Part shown: in pieces, positions 9,922 through 20,000 of the stretch
Numbering within the stretch: position 1 is the stretch's first letter
Layout of the letters: each line of letters begins with the position of its first letter
NCBI GenBank assembly: GCA_037305845.1
Contig: CP147778.1
Coordinates: 2,112,001 to 2,176,000, forward strand
Reading direction: 5' to 3'
DNA: 64,000 bases
Source: Candidatus Freyarchaeum deiterrae
GTDB lineage: Archaea > Asgardarchaeota > Jordiarchaeia > Jordiarchaeales > Jordiarchaeaceae
The notes under the pieces: generated by a model
Seen by the model: only the letters and a program-made list of their open reading frames with translations
What the model was told of the DNA's origin: nothing
Database searches by the model: none
Position numbers and translations under genes: made by a program

Positions 9922-10824
9922 ATGGTGGGAAACTTGACAGAAAATGAAGCGGCGGAAAATGAAGAGTTCTACAAAGCTAAGATTTCTTCTCTGATAAAAG
10001 AGCGTATTCCTATTATTGAGGAGCTTAAAAGGCTGAGGGAGAGTTCCGAGGAGTACAAGCAGAAGAGGAACGAAAAAAATCGGGAAGTGCAATTAATCGC
10101 ACAGCAAATAAAAGAAATACGTGGGGGGAATGACGAATCCGGCTCTAGGCTGAATCAGCTGAAAGCGGAAAAAGAAAAATTATACGAGAGGGTTGAGGAG
10201 CTTTCCTCCGAAATAAGGGAGCAGAAAAATAAATTGAAACCTTTGGATTTTAACGGCGAACAGTTGAGGAAAAAAAGGGACGAGCTTGAATGGAAACAGC
10301 AAACGACCACGCTATCCTTGGAAGAAGAAAACGCTATTGTCAAAGAGATAGACGAAATTGAAGCCATCTTGCCGGATTATACAGAAAACCTTGAGCTACA
10401 GGAAACTGTTCTTGCTCCACTGAGGAAAGAAATGGCGGAAACTTGGGAAAAGATTAATTCCATAAAAAAAGAGATGCAGGAAGAATACGACAAAAACAAG
10501 CCGCAATTTGACCAAGCGAAGCTTCTTTATGCCAAAAGAGATGAGGTGCGGACCCTCGCGGACATCGATCACAAAAATTACATTGAAATACTCCAGAAAA
10601 TAATCCAATACGAGGATCAGCTAACAAAAATGGAAGATGAGATATCACTCCTGAAGATCCAGCGAATAAAAATGCAACGCGATAAGAGGGAGAACGCGAT
10701 AAAAGAAAAAAGAAGGAAAGCGGAAGAATTAATCCAGAACAAGGTAAAACAAGCCCAAGAAAAGCTTGAAAAGAAAAAGCGAGTAACCCTCCAAGAATTA
10801 AAACTCGCAATGGGTGAACTGTAA
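9922..10824 (+). CDS. Archaeal coiled-coil protein (COG1340-like)
   Basis: Glu/Lys-rich heptads, LEWKQQTTTLSLEEE motif, C-terminal K.VTLQEL. Confidence 0.7.
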   Translation: MVGNLTENEAAENEEFYKAKISSLIKERIPIIEELKRLRESSEEYKQKRNEKNREVQLIAQQIKEIRGGNDESGSRLNQLKAEKEKLYERVEELSSEIREQKNKLKPLDFNGEQLRKKRDELEWKQQTTTLSLEEENAIVKEIDEIEAILPDYTENLELQETVLAPLRKEMAETWEKINSIKKEMQEEYDKNKPQFDQAKLLYAKRDEVRTLADIDHKNYIEILQKIIQYEDQLTKMEDEISLLKIQRIKMQRDKRENAIKEKRRKAEELIQNKVKQAQEKLEKKKRVTLQELKLAMGEL

Positions 10825-10879
10825 TCCCCTTTTTAAAAAGTCATCTAATACCCTGATAAAATCAGTCAGAGGAATCTAA

Positions 10880-12352
10880 ATGACAAAATTGAATCTCAAC
10901 CCCCTATTTTACCCCAAAACTGTAGCTGTAGTCGGAGCTACCGATACTCCCTTCAAATACGGCAACCTTTACATGCATGCCTTAATACACCGAGGCTTTC
11001 CGAAAGAGCATCTATATCCCATAAATCCCAACGAAAAAGAAGCCTTCGGGATAAAGGCATATCCCAGAGTGCAAGACGTACCAGAACCTCTCGACCTGGT
11101 TTTTTTTACTATACCCAAAAAGCTAGCCATACAGACCATAAAGGACTGCGTGGAAGCTAAAGCCAAATTCGTAGCCATGTTCACATCGGGCTTCTCAGAA
11201 AGCACCTCAGAACGAGAAGAAGGTAAAAAACTGGAGGGAGAACTTCTAGAAATAATCTCCCAAGGCAACACGAGAATAGTAGGTCCAAATGGTATGGGTG
11301 TTTACTCATTTGATGGAAAAGTTTCCTACCCCTATATGTACATCCCTCCGGATGATGGTCCAGTATCATTCATCAGCCAGAGTGGAGGGCTAACCATTGA
11401 ATTAGCAAGTGTGGCCGATTTCTGGTCCAACATACGTTTCAATAAAATGGTTAGTTTTGGGAATGCAATAAATCTGGAATCCACAGATTTTTTGGAATAT
11501 TTTACAGAGGATCAAAAAACCAAAGTAATAAACATCTACATAGAAGGAGTGAAAAACGGTCCCCGATTTTTTAAAGCTTTGAAAGAAGCGGTTAATGTTA
11601 AACCGGTAGTGGTCTGGAAAGGAGGCTGGACAGCAGCAGGCTCACGAGCCACACTTTCACACACCGGTTCCCTCGCAGGATCAAACACAATTTGGGGAGT
11701 AGTATTCAAACAAGCAGGAGCCGTACAAGTATACAGCATGGAAGAGCTTTGCGACGTCACCATGGCTTTCCTCAGAATTAATCCACCCAAAGGATTAAAC
11801 ACAGCAATTTTGGGCGCAGGCGGAGGCCGAAGCGTTGTCTCAACAGATGAACTGGAGAGTGCGGGTTTGAGAGCTCCTCCCTTTAGTCCAGAAACCAAAG
11901 AAGAACTGTGCAAAATAGTTCCGGATACAGGAACCGGTATATCCAATCCTATCGATTGTTCCTACTTCGTTTACTCCGATTTAGACATGTATGCTAAACT
12001 ACTAAAATTGGTGGACGCTGATCCAAGTATTGACCTAGTACTGCTTCAACACGAGGTAATGTGGGCTGAAAGAAATGAACAACTCTTTAAAATAGTCAAA
12101 GAAACCAAAGAAAAACTAGAAAAGCCCTTTGCAATGGTTCTAATTGCTTCCGCAGGTCCGAGGAAGTATACGCCTGAACTTGAGGCTGAACGTTTAAAAA
12201 TTATAAAACAATACCTCGAAGCAGGTTTCCTAATATACCCCTCAATAAACAGAGCATCGAATGCAATCTATAAGATGATGCAATACTACAAGTTTCAGGA
12301 ATGCCACAGAAAACCTGAAGAGGCTGCCGAAATCCAACTTAAGGCTGCATAA
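10880..12352 (+). CDS. Acyl-CoA synthetase (ADP-forming) alpha subunit family
   Basis: PKTVAVVGA, GFSE, GPNGMG, ISQSGG, SHTGSLAG (phospho-His), NPID. Confidence 0.92.
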   Translation: MTKLNLNPLFYPKTVAVVGATDTPFKYGNLYMHALIHRGFPKEHLYPINPNEKEAFGIKAYPRVQDVPEPLDLVFFTIPKKLAIQTIKDCVEAKAKFVAMFTSGFSESTSEREEGKKLEGELLEIISQGNTRIVGPNGMGVYSFDGKVSYPYMYIPPDDGPVSFISQSGGLTIELASVADFWSNIRFNKMVSFGNAINLESTDFLEYFTEDQKTKVINIYIEGVKNGPRFFKALKEAVNVKPVVVWKGGWTAAGSRATLSHTGSLAGSNTIWGVVFKQAGAVQVYSMEELCDVTMAFLRINPPKGLNTAILGAGGGRSVVSTDELESAGLRAPPFSPETKEELCKIVPDTGTGISNPIDCSYFVYSDLDMYAKLLKLVDADPSIDLVLLQHEVMWAERNEQLFKIVKETKEKLEKPFAMVLIASAGPRKYTPELEAERLKIIKQYLEAGFLIYPSINRASNAIYKMMQYYKFQECHRKPEEAAEIQLKAA

Positions 12353-12399
12353 ACAATAATATGAGTCACTTTTTTCTTATATACTATTTTTAACTATAA

Positions 12400-12864
12400 C
12401 TACTCTTCTGTGAAGGTGGCTATTGAACCCTCAGCCTCTTCCACTGAAACTTTAAATTTAAAGTCTTTGAGAGAGGATTGTTTTAACTGCTTGTAGATAT
12501 ACTCAGATATTTTCTCTACAGTTGTAGCTTCAATCGGCAACAGCAAAGCGTCGTCTTTTGGGAAAACGTATCTCCTTTTGTTTGCTACTACTTCCATTTC
12601 CTTTCCCATTTCTTTTATTTCAATATCCTTCGCCTTAGTTGGGATGAGTATGTGGTGATCCATTTTCTGACAAATCTCCCTCGCTATATTTCTTATATCC
12701 ATAAAGTCAACTATCATCTGCTGACCGTTCAACTCATTTGCCTCAATCTCAATAGTTACCCTATAGTTGTGTCCGTGTAGGCGTTCACACTTTGGGTGAC
12801 GCATTAAAAAGTGCGCTGCAGAAAAATTTAGATCCGCTCTGGTCACGACAAGTTTATACGGCAT
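12400..12864 (-). CDS. queD: 6-carboxytetrahydropterin synthase QueD
   Basis: FSAAH, KCERLHGHNY, DF, DH, TTVE; adjacent to queE. Confidence 0.92.
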   Translation of the reverse strand: MPYKLVVTRADLNFSAAHFLMRHPKCERLHGHNYRVTIEIEANELNGQQMIVDFMDIRNIAREICQKMDHHILIPTKAKDIEIKEMGKEMEVVANKRRYVFPKDDALLLPIEATTVEKISEYIYKQLKQSSLKDFKFKVSVEEAEGSIATFTEE

Positions 12865-13085
12865 CTTTTCAAACTTCCCTAAAATGTTCTTGTTTTAGTT
12901 ACTTTACGCTCTTACAAAAATTTCATCCCTGTATTTCCTTGCAATCATCTCAATAAATACTTTTAACTCTTACTAAACAATTTTGCTTCACGAAAAAATA
13001 TTCTTGTTACCTAGGTTATTAATAAATCTTCATCCAATATTCCGTGAAATTAACTTGAAATGCAAACGAAATTCTCTTTAGTACT

Positions 13086-13970
13086 TTAAAGAATCCCTAT
13101 AACCTTGTGAGCTTGAATCGAGAGCGAAATATCTTTTTTATCAAGATACTTTGACGCAGTCTCCGTGAACTGGAATAATTGTTTTATCGTGGGTTTCTCT
13201 TTTACTTCCCCGAATGGTGTCACAATCTGTATGCATAATGGGCATCCAATCTTGGCTAGTTCCAATGCGTACCATTCAATATTCTCTGATTTCGTCTCAG
13301 AAGTGACTACAACCTTGGCGAATGTCTTCTTTTTCGCATCCATAAAAATTTTCATAGTTTGGAATTCTCTCTCCACAAGAGCGCTCCAGTCGGAGGCAGC
13401 TCCCGCTGTTTCGTCTTTGATATCACAACAGCAATACTCAAAAAGATCAACAATTTTCAATGCGCAATTGGGCAAAGACCCGTTAGTCTCAAGAAAAAGA
13501 TTGTACCCGCCCGATACAAGTAACTCCGAAACTTCCTTTAGGAAATCTGTTTGATGCAAAGGCTCTCCACCAGTAAATGAAATTGAATGAAGATCCGGAG
13601 TTTCAATCCTTTTCAAATATTCGTACAACCTATCTGAGTCTATAGGGTTTGAAAATAGCGTGAACTCTCCGGTGCCTGGGTTTTCTTCCATTCTGAATTG
13701 CTGCATTTCCGGATTTTGAGCTCCAGGCGAGTGGCGTCTTTAGAGCGTACTCCACAAGATGTCGCACCACCTGCAGCCCTCGGTTCCGAATTCTCCTAAG
13801 GCTAGGTTGCAGCCCGCTAATCGAGCGATTCGACGAAAGGATAAAACTCATCCTTCCTATATCTGACGCTTCCCATAACACGAGCCGCTGACATTGCCTC
13901 CTTCCCCTTTACCTCCCTCTTAAGGGATCTGGTAGGAGGAGAACATCTCAGCGACCCATCCCTTAACCAA
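13086..13970 (-). CDS. queE: 7-carboxy-7-deazaguanine synthase QueE (radical SAM), four exons: 13970-13929, 13907-13859, 13828-13761, 13730-13086; 267 aa after predicted splicing
   Basis: Joined exons read MVKGWVAEMFSSYQGEGGNVSGSCYGKRQIFARLAGCNLALGEFGTEGCRWCDSPGAQ...FTGGEPL...LETNG...DIK...QAHK; GAGGTGA RBS before TTG 13970; exons total 804 nt. Confidence 0.92.
13731..13760 (-). other. Predicted BHB-like mRNA intron 3 of queE (30 nt)
   Basis: UGCG-AC^A-UCUU g UGGAG(UACG)CUCUA AAGA-CGCC-AC^U: 9-bp stem, 3 of 4 central pairs; in-frame TAA; removal gives W-C-D-S. Confidence 0.85.
13829..13858 (-). other. Predicted BHB-like mRNA intron 2 of queE (30 nt)
   Basis: AGAU-AU^A-GGAAGGAUGA(GUU)UUAUCCUUUC-GUCG-AA^U: 10-bp intron stem, 3 of 4 central pairs; unspliced frame has TAG and TGA; removal gives Q-I-F-A-R-L-A-G-C. 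Confidence 0.85.
13908..13928 (-). other. Predicted BHB mRNA intron 1 of queE (21 nt)
   Basis: UACC-AG^A-UCCCU(UAAG)AGGGA-GGUA-AA^G: strict 4-bp helix with two 3-nt bulges; contains an in-frame TAA; removal gives Y-Q-G-E-G. Confidence 0.9.
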
Positions 13971-14144
13971 TAACATCACCTCGAAATAGATACAAGCATA
14001 AGGTTTTCTAATTAACTCAGTTTCTGAGTCAAGAAGTCTTTTTTACTTTAAATTTGTTTGGCAGTTGATATAAACTTTTATTCGATAAAGCTTATGTATC
14101 TGTTTCTGCTTTATTGATGTGGATTCTCCCTGAGGCTGATCTTT

Positions 14145-14567
14145 ATGTCTTTAGTAGGACTTTTGATGGGTAAAATGGAGCTTCGGTTGTGCAATGCGAG
14201 GTCTCTTGAGCAAAACAAAATGATGGTTGAAAAACCAGGCTCAAAAAGCTATGTTGAATCAACAGCGGTTGTGCTACTAGGCAAAGATGATATGGGCCAT
14301 TACGGTCTTAAAAACGGAGATACTGTTAAGGTAACAACAAAGTTTGGAACGGTGGTTGTTAAAGCCTACCAAACAGACGAAACAAAAAAGGGAATAGCGC
14401 TCATGCCTAACGGACCGTGGTTCAACTCGATAACCGACCCAGACATAGACGTAACTGGTTTTAACTCCTACTACGTGTTAAACGCCAGTATAGAAACCAC
14501 AAATGAAGAAGTTCTGGATACAGAAAAATTCTTTGAAAAGCTACTGAGAGAGGACGCTCATGAGTGA
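14145..14567 (+). CDS. fwdD: Formylmethanofuran dehydrogenase subunit D-like
   Basis: Molybdopterin dinucleotide-binding fold (GDTVKVTTKFGTVVVKA...MPNGPWFN); overlaps the fwdA start. Confidence 0.8.
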   Translation: MSLVGLLMGKMELRLCNARSLEQNKMMVEKPGSKSYVESTAVVLLGKDDMGHYGLKNGDTVKVTTKFGTVVVKAYQTDETKKGIALMPNGPWFNSITDPDIDVTGFNSYYVLNASIETTNEEVLDTEKFFEKLLREDAHE

Positions 14568-16161
14568 ATCACTTCTTTTAAAGAACGGCTTCGTGTTTGA
14601 CCCCAAAAATAATGTGAATGGGGAACGTATGGATATAGCCGTAAAAAACGGCGTGATAGTTGAATCGGTAAAGGAAAAGGGCAGCAAGGTCGTGGATGCC
14701 CAAGGAAAAATGGTTTTTCCCGGTGGGATAGATATCCACACCCATATTGCCTCTCAGCATGTTAATTTTGGACGAATGCTATACCCCTCAGTATCAGGTA
14801 AGATCCTTCCTACCTCCCCCGAAGTAGGGCTAATGTACGCAAAAATGGGCTACACATTCGCACTTGAAGCCGCAGTGTCACCAACAAAAGCTTTACACAC
14901 TCACCTGGAATTCTCAGATATACCCATATTAGACTACGCGTGTCTGCTAGTCTTAGATTCATACTGGTATCTATTACAAGACGTTAGAAAAAAGTCCGTA
15001 GAAGAAGCTGCCACAATTATATCATGGCTGCTGGAATCGACCAAGACCTATGGAGTCAAACTGGTTGATCCCTTATCAAGTGAAATGTGGAGTTTCAAAA
15101 AAGAAATAACAAGCTTAGAAGAACCCATAAAGCTCCTCGGAGTATCTCCCCTGGATGTCATTCAAACACTAGGAAGAGCAAACGAATACCTAGGACTACC
15201 TCATCCAGTTCACATACATCCCAACGAAGCCGGAAAACCCGGAAACTACGAAACAACCCTCAAAACACTGAAGGCAATGGAAGAAGTAAGCCCCAATAAA
15301 AAACAGAGATCGGTACATTTAGCACACGCTCAATTGCACAGCTACGGGGGAAGCGAAGCAATCGAATCCAAAGCAGACCAAATAGCAGAATACATAAACA
15401 CCCACCCAAACGTGGAAGCAGACATTGGACAGATGGTGCCCCACGAAACAATAAGCCTTTACGCAGACAACCCCTTCCTAACCAGAATCGCGAAAGGAAA
15501 AAACATATTTACCGACCAAGTAGAAATGGAAGCAAGTTTCGGGGCAGCACTAACGGAATACACAATGGACGCAACCGGCAGCGTAATGTGGGCAACTGGT
15601 CTAGAACTAGCACTTAGCATAAAAGACCCATGGCAGATTCAGTTATCCGTAGATCATCCAAACCTAGGAATAATCACAGACTACCCACAAATCATTGCAT
15701 GGCTCATAAGCAAAAAAACCCGGGACGAAGTAAAACTAGAAGTGGATACATCACTGCCCTCTATGGATAGGGAATACTCGCTGTACGAAATAGCAATAAT
15801 AACCCGTGCAAGTCCAGCTCAATCACTTAGCTTACCCAACAAAGGAAACCTCTCAACTGGGTCAGACGCAGATATCGCGGTATACGATTTCAACCCTGAA
15901 ACCCAAGACCCCACAAAGGAAACAGAAGCCCTGATAAAAGCCTTCACCCAAACTTCCTACACTATAAAAAGCGGAGTAATGGTCATGAAGGAAGGAGAAG
16001 TCCTCGTAAAACCAAGAGGAAAAACCTACTGGGCGCACAGAGACGGAATCAGTTTTCCAGAAAAAAGGATAACGGAAATGCAGCGCTACTACTCACTTGA
16101 CATCAACAGCCTAAAAATCCCAAGGGAACTACTCCACAGCTCCCAAGAAGTAACATACTGA
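14560..16161 (+). CDS. fwdA: Formylmethanofuran dehydrogenase subunit A
   Basis: KNGFVFDP, PGGIDIHTH, YAKMGYT, LGLPHPVHIH..GKPGNY, WATGLEL, DHPN, LYEIAIITR. Confidence 0.92.
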   Translation: MSESLLLKNGFVFDPKNNVNGERMDIAVKNGVIVESVKEKGSKVVDAQGKMVFPGGIDIHTHIASQHVNFGRMLYPSVSGKILPTSPEVGLMYAKMGYTFALEAAVSPTKALHTHLEFSDIPILDYACLLVLDSYWYLLQDVRKKSVEEAATIISWLLESTKTYGVKLVDPLSSEMWSFKKEITSLEEPIKLLGVSPLDVIQTLGRANEYLGLPHPVHIHPNEAGKPGNYETTLKTLKAMEEVSPNKKQRSVHLAHAQLHSYGGSEAIESKADQIAEYINTHPNVEADIGQMVPHETISLYADNPFLTRIAKGKNIFTDQVEMEASFGAALTEYTMDATGSVMWATGLELALSIKDPWQIQLSVDHPNLGIITDYPQIIAWLISKKTRDEVKLEVDTSLPSMDREYSLYEIAIITRASPAQSLSLPNKGNLSTGSDADIAVYDFNPETQDPTKETEALIKAFTQTSYTIKSGVMVMKEGEVLVKPRGKTYWAHRDGISFPEKRITEMQRYYSLDINSLKIPRELLHSSQEVTY

Positions 16162-16444
16162 ACAAGAAACAAGACCAAATCTGTAATTTTTAATCAAAAA
16201 AAACTATTTTCCAAAAAGAAACACAAAAATAGAAAAAAAGTGCAACAGGCACTTAAAATTATCTACTTTTTAACAATAGTTTTTGAGTTTCTCTCCCAAT
16301 TAGGATTCGTATCCAAACATAATAAATAAGCTGCTGAAATCAATAAAAACTTAAAAAAAATTTTAAAAAGGAGACATAATCTCCGTAATGGAAGTTAGAA
16401 CGAATTATGCGCACAGTCTTATCAAAATATGAGGTGAATTACGA

Positions 16445-17968
16445 ATGCAATTTTTCCCCTTGTGGACAGAAGAGCAAAAAAATTTTGCCCAAGAATTAGA
16501 GCAATTCGCCACTGAAAACGTACCCCTAGCTGAAGAATTTTTTTGGCAGAGAATATTTCCTGAGGAGATACATGAAAAAGCAAGAAAAAAAGGATACTTC
16601 GGAGCAGGTATCCCACAAGAGTACGGCGGCTTAGGACTAGGAGCCACCGGATCCTGCATAGCTTGCGAACAGTTAAACCGAATGTATACGGTTGGACACC
16701 TCCTAGTAACCAGCTACATTGGAGGGCTCCACCAAATTCTACACAACGGCACCGAGGAACAGAAACAAGAATGGCTAACAAAAATGGCCCAAGGACAGCT
16801 GGGAGCAGTCTGCATAACCGAAGTCTTCGCGGGTTCAGACGCTGCTTCAATAATGACCACCGCTGAAAAAGACGGTGATGAATGGATAATCAACGGTAAA
16901 AAGAGATTCACCACAACCGCAGGACCAGCAGATAGATATCTCGTATACACAAAAACAAGCGATGACCCAGAAGTCAGGAGAAAGAACCAACACCTAACAA
17001 CCTTTGTGGTGGAAAAAGGAACCCCCGGATTCCACCTAGAGAAGGTTAATGCGCTCGTTGGGTTTGACAATCTGCCCAACAGTTACTTGGATTTTGAAGA
17101 TGTTAGAGTGCCTGACTTTAATAGGATTGGTCCCGTTGGTAGTGGTTGGAACACAATGGCAACGGGGCTTAACTTCGAGAGGCTGATCGCTGCCGCTGCA
17201 GCTGTGGGTCCTCTGGAAGACGTTATAAAACTAGTGATCTATTACACCAACAGGCGTGTACAATTCAGATCGACAATATCTGATTTCGAGCACAGCCAGT
17301 TCAAGATTGCTGACATGATAACTAAACATCAAATTGCACGTCTTATAACCTACTACTCTGCGTATATCATGGACCAGGGTCAGATGGCTGCGATTGAATC
17401 AGGCATAGCAAAAATGCTGAGCACCGATTACTGCACGGAGATCGGCGTTGACGCCATCCAACTAACAGGCGGTGACGGTCTCACAAAGTTCTATCCTGTT
17501 GAGAGGCTGATTCGTGAAGGCAAGATAGGTCAGATTGTGGCTGGTACAAATGAGGTTCAGAAGCTCGTCATCTACCGGATGGGCGCTTTAGCCTATTTGA
17601 ATTGGCCCTTCCGACTGCGATGGGACGAAAAATTGGAAACCCCCACACTAAAGCTCGGACATGGACCGTGGTATGGCAAGAAAATAAATGAGGACATAAT
17701 GCTTAAAATCTTAGCGGAAGATTACAGGTGCAACCCTGGACTCTACATGGCTGTAGATGACTGTGAGAAAGAAACCGGTCTTGCGAAGGATAAAATCCTT
17801 GAACTCTGGGCTAAGCTTGAGGAGCAGAAGATGATAGTCACATTCAAAGACAGACGCGGAAATGTCACAATGGCGAAAGCAAACTACACAGGAATCAGAA
17901 AAGCAAACCCACTCGACCACTATAGGTGGTACCCAGACTGGTTCGACATCGAGAAAATGGGCTTCTAA
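16445..17968 (+). CDS. Acyl-CoA dehydrogenase with a C-terminal extension of about 120 aa
   Basis: ITEVFAGSD, NGKKRF, RVQF, GGDG, AGTNEVQK. Confidence 0.92.
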   Translation: MQFFPLWTEEQKNFAQELEQFATENVPLAEEFFWQRIFPEEIHEKARKKGYFGAGIPQEYGGLGLGATGSCIACEQLNRMYTVGHLLVTSYIGGLHQILHNGTEEQKQEWLTKMAQGQLGAVCITEVFAGSDAASIMTTAEKDGDEWIINGKKRFTTTAGPADRYLVYTKTSDDPEVRRKNQHLTTFVVEKGTPGFHLEKVNALVGFDNLPNSYLDFEDVRVPDFNRIGPVGSGWNTMATGLNFERLIAAAAAVGPLEDVIKLVIYYTNRRVQFRSTISDFEHSQFKIADMITKHQIARLITYYSAYIMDQGQMAAIESGIAKMLSTDYCTEIGVDAIQLTGGDGLTKFYPVERLIREGKIGQIVAGTNEVQKLVIYRMGALAYLNWPFRLRWDEKLETPTLKLGHGPWYGKKINEDIMLKILAEDYRCNPGLYMAVDDCEKETGLAKDKILELWAKLEEQKMIVTFKDRRGNVTMAKANYTGIRKANPLDHYRWYPDWFDIEKMGF

Positions 17969-18130
17969 ACACACCTAGTAAAACACTTATTAGAACCCGT
18001 TTCTCTTCTATTTTTTATTTTTCAATTTTGGTTCTTCTTCATTCCATTTTTAAGCCCATTGAGCAAAAGTTTCCAAATTGAATTTTGTTAAAGATTTAAT
18101 TTAGATTTTTAAGAAAGAGGATGTATTATT

Positions 18131-18673
18131 TTATTTGAAGCGGACTTTGCCTACCGAGAAGATGTCTTCGGGTTTTAGTAGTGATATACCCGCCTGTTTT
18201 CCGATTATTTCCACTTGTAGAATCTTCTTTGGATTCTTCAGGTCTACCTTATTCCCGCTTATGTGTTTTGCTAAGCCTTCTATGATCTCTTGGGTATGGT
18301 GCTTGTTGTAGAATCGTTTGTTCACTGTCATCCTCCATGTTTCATTCTCTTTGATGCCTTCTGCAAGTTTTTTTACATTTTCTTCCATTTCTTCAAACTC
18401 TGATGATGACCAGCTATCTATGGGAATATAGTTATATGTGTTCCAAAAATTTTCAGGCTCTTCTCTGCACAACTGAGTGAGCTTTTTAGTTATTTCTCTA
18501 GGATCTAGAGATGTATGAATTAGAAAAATTCCCCTAGCTTGTGATCTTAAAAATTGTGTTTTTTCCTCCCCCACTTTACCCAAAACCTGTGAAACCTCTT
18601 CCTTAGACTCTCTTCTGTTCCGCATCTCAAAGGTAACAAGTAGGTTCGGTTTCTCCATCAAACTTCCTCCCAC
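18131..18673 (-). CDS. THUMP domain RNA-binding protein
   Basis: ETWRMTVNKR, KVDLKNPKKILQVEIIG. Confidence 0.85.
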   Translation of the reverse strand: MGGSLMEKPNLLVTFEMRNRRESKEEVSQVLGKVGEEKTQFLRSQARGIFLIHTSLDPREITKKLTQLCREEPENFWNTYNYIPIDSWSSSEFEEMEENVKKLAEGIKENETWRMTVNKRFYNKHHTQEIIEGLAKHISGNKVDLKNPKKILQVEIIGKQAGISLLKPEDIFSVGKVRFK

Positions 18674-18738
18674 AAGAAATTTGAATCCAAAAAGACCATT
18701 TTAATGGGTGCATCAAAATTAGAGTCTACCAATTCTTA

Positions 18739-19683
18739 TTATATCTTCAGTATTTTCTTTGCGTTTTCTCCAAGGATTAATTTGACTTCCTCTTCGGTGA
18801 ATTTAAGATTGTATTCTTTTCCATCTTTGGGAAGTTTTTTAATCCAATTAACCCATTCATCCAGATTCATCATGGCGTTAGCGTACGGCCAATCGCTGCC
18901 AAAGAGTATCCTATTTTTGAAGGGAACTGCAAAGTTGAGTGGCAGGTCCATAAGCATTCTCAAATTATTCAGGAGAAACCTTGGAGCTCCGCGTGCGAGC
19001 ATTTGACCGGTGAAGGAGATCTCTGTGGAAATGCCTGACTTAAGGGACCCTATTTCCGCTAAAGTAAGAGCTCCGCTTATTCCACCCATGTGAGCAGCGA
19101 TTATTCTTAAGTCTGGAAAAGCTGTTTGAACATCGTCAAGGTGCATTGGATTATTGTATTTAACTTCAAAGGGTAAAAAAATCAAACCACAGTGAGAGAG
19201 CAGTGGCACATCCAGCTCTACACACTTCTCATAGAGCGAAAAACATACCGGGTCATTCGGATAATAACCTGCATCGGGATGAAACTTGAGTCCCCTCATT
19301 CCCCACTCTGTGACTCCCTTTTCAAGTAGTTCAACTGCCTTTTCTCCCCTACGCGGGTCGACGCCAACAAAACTGATGAGTTTATCGGGATACTCATCCG
19401 CAGCCCTGGCATGGTACAAATTCTGCTCTTCTATAGTCATCTTCGCCTTGCCAACCTTCAACTCAAAATCAACAGGCATAATCACCGCTTTATCAACGCC
19501 CGCCTTATCCATATCCTCAACAATCTTACCTGCATCTTGCTGCCAAAAATCCGGTATTGTATCCCTCAATACCTGCTCACTGGGGACGCCCAAATTTTTT
19601 GAGAGAGACTGTGCCAAAAGCTCCCAGTAAATATCAGGATAAAAATCTCTTTGGCTAAGATGACAATGTACATCAACTATCAT
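18739..19683 (-). CDS. Amidohydrolase_2 family metal-dependent hydrolase
   Basis: DVHCH, GLKFHP, HCG, AHMG, LFGSDWP. Confidence 0.92.
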   Translation of the reverse strand: MIVDVHCHLSQRDFYPDIYWELLAQSLSKNLGVPSEQVLRDTIPDFWQQDAGKIVEDMDKAGVDKAVIMPVDFELKVGKAKMTIEEQNLYHARAADEYPDKLISFVGVDPRRGEKAVELLEKGVTEWGMRGLKFHPDAGYYPNDPVCFSLYEKCVELDVPLLSHCGLIFLPFEVKYNNPMHLDDVQTAFPDLRIIAAHMGGISGALTLAEIGSLKSGISTEISFTGQMLARGAPRFLLNNLRMLMDLPLNFAVPFKNRILFGSDWPYANAMMNLDEWVNWIKKLPKDGKEYNLKFTEEEVKLILGENAKKILKI

Positions 19684-20000
19684 AAACTGACATCCAACCT
19701 AGCTACTTTTAATCCTTACGTTATACCACCACTCATAAAAAACCAGTTCGAAATAGAATTGCCATAAACATTTTTCGTATCAAATTAAATCAAAAGAGAA
19801 AAAAATATTCAGCCTTTTAGATTCTCTCAAACAGAGACACTGAAATATTTAAATAATAGTTCGAATAAACACTTTGAGGCACTCATTATGGAGCGAATAT
19901 GTGCTTCATCAAATAAGATATATATACTAAAACACCGAATTCATATAGAAAATTATTAATTGTTGATATCTATTTTAAAGAATTGGAGAGATGGAAAATT

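Noticed and set aside
13772-13812. A fourth, stop-free queE intron explaining the long C-x11-C-x2-C spacing
   Set aside because: A hairpin exists, but the bulge is 5 nt and the registers I tried either delete a cluster Cys or shift the frame; extended spacing is known in some QueE proteins.
13731-13928. Stop-codon recoding (Sec/Pyl) or simple pseudogene as the explanation for queE
   Set aside because: Two of the stops are TAA, read-through would insert 7-10 residues into invariant motifs, and all lesions coincide with BHB-shaped hairpins while the exons are clean.
14012-14032. Imperfect palindrome TTAACTCAG-TTT-CTGAGTCAA between divergent queE and fwdD
   Set aside because: A plausible operator, but a single instance with no regulator nearby.
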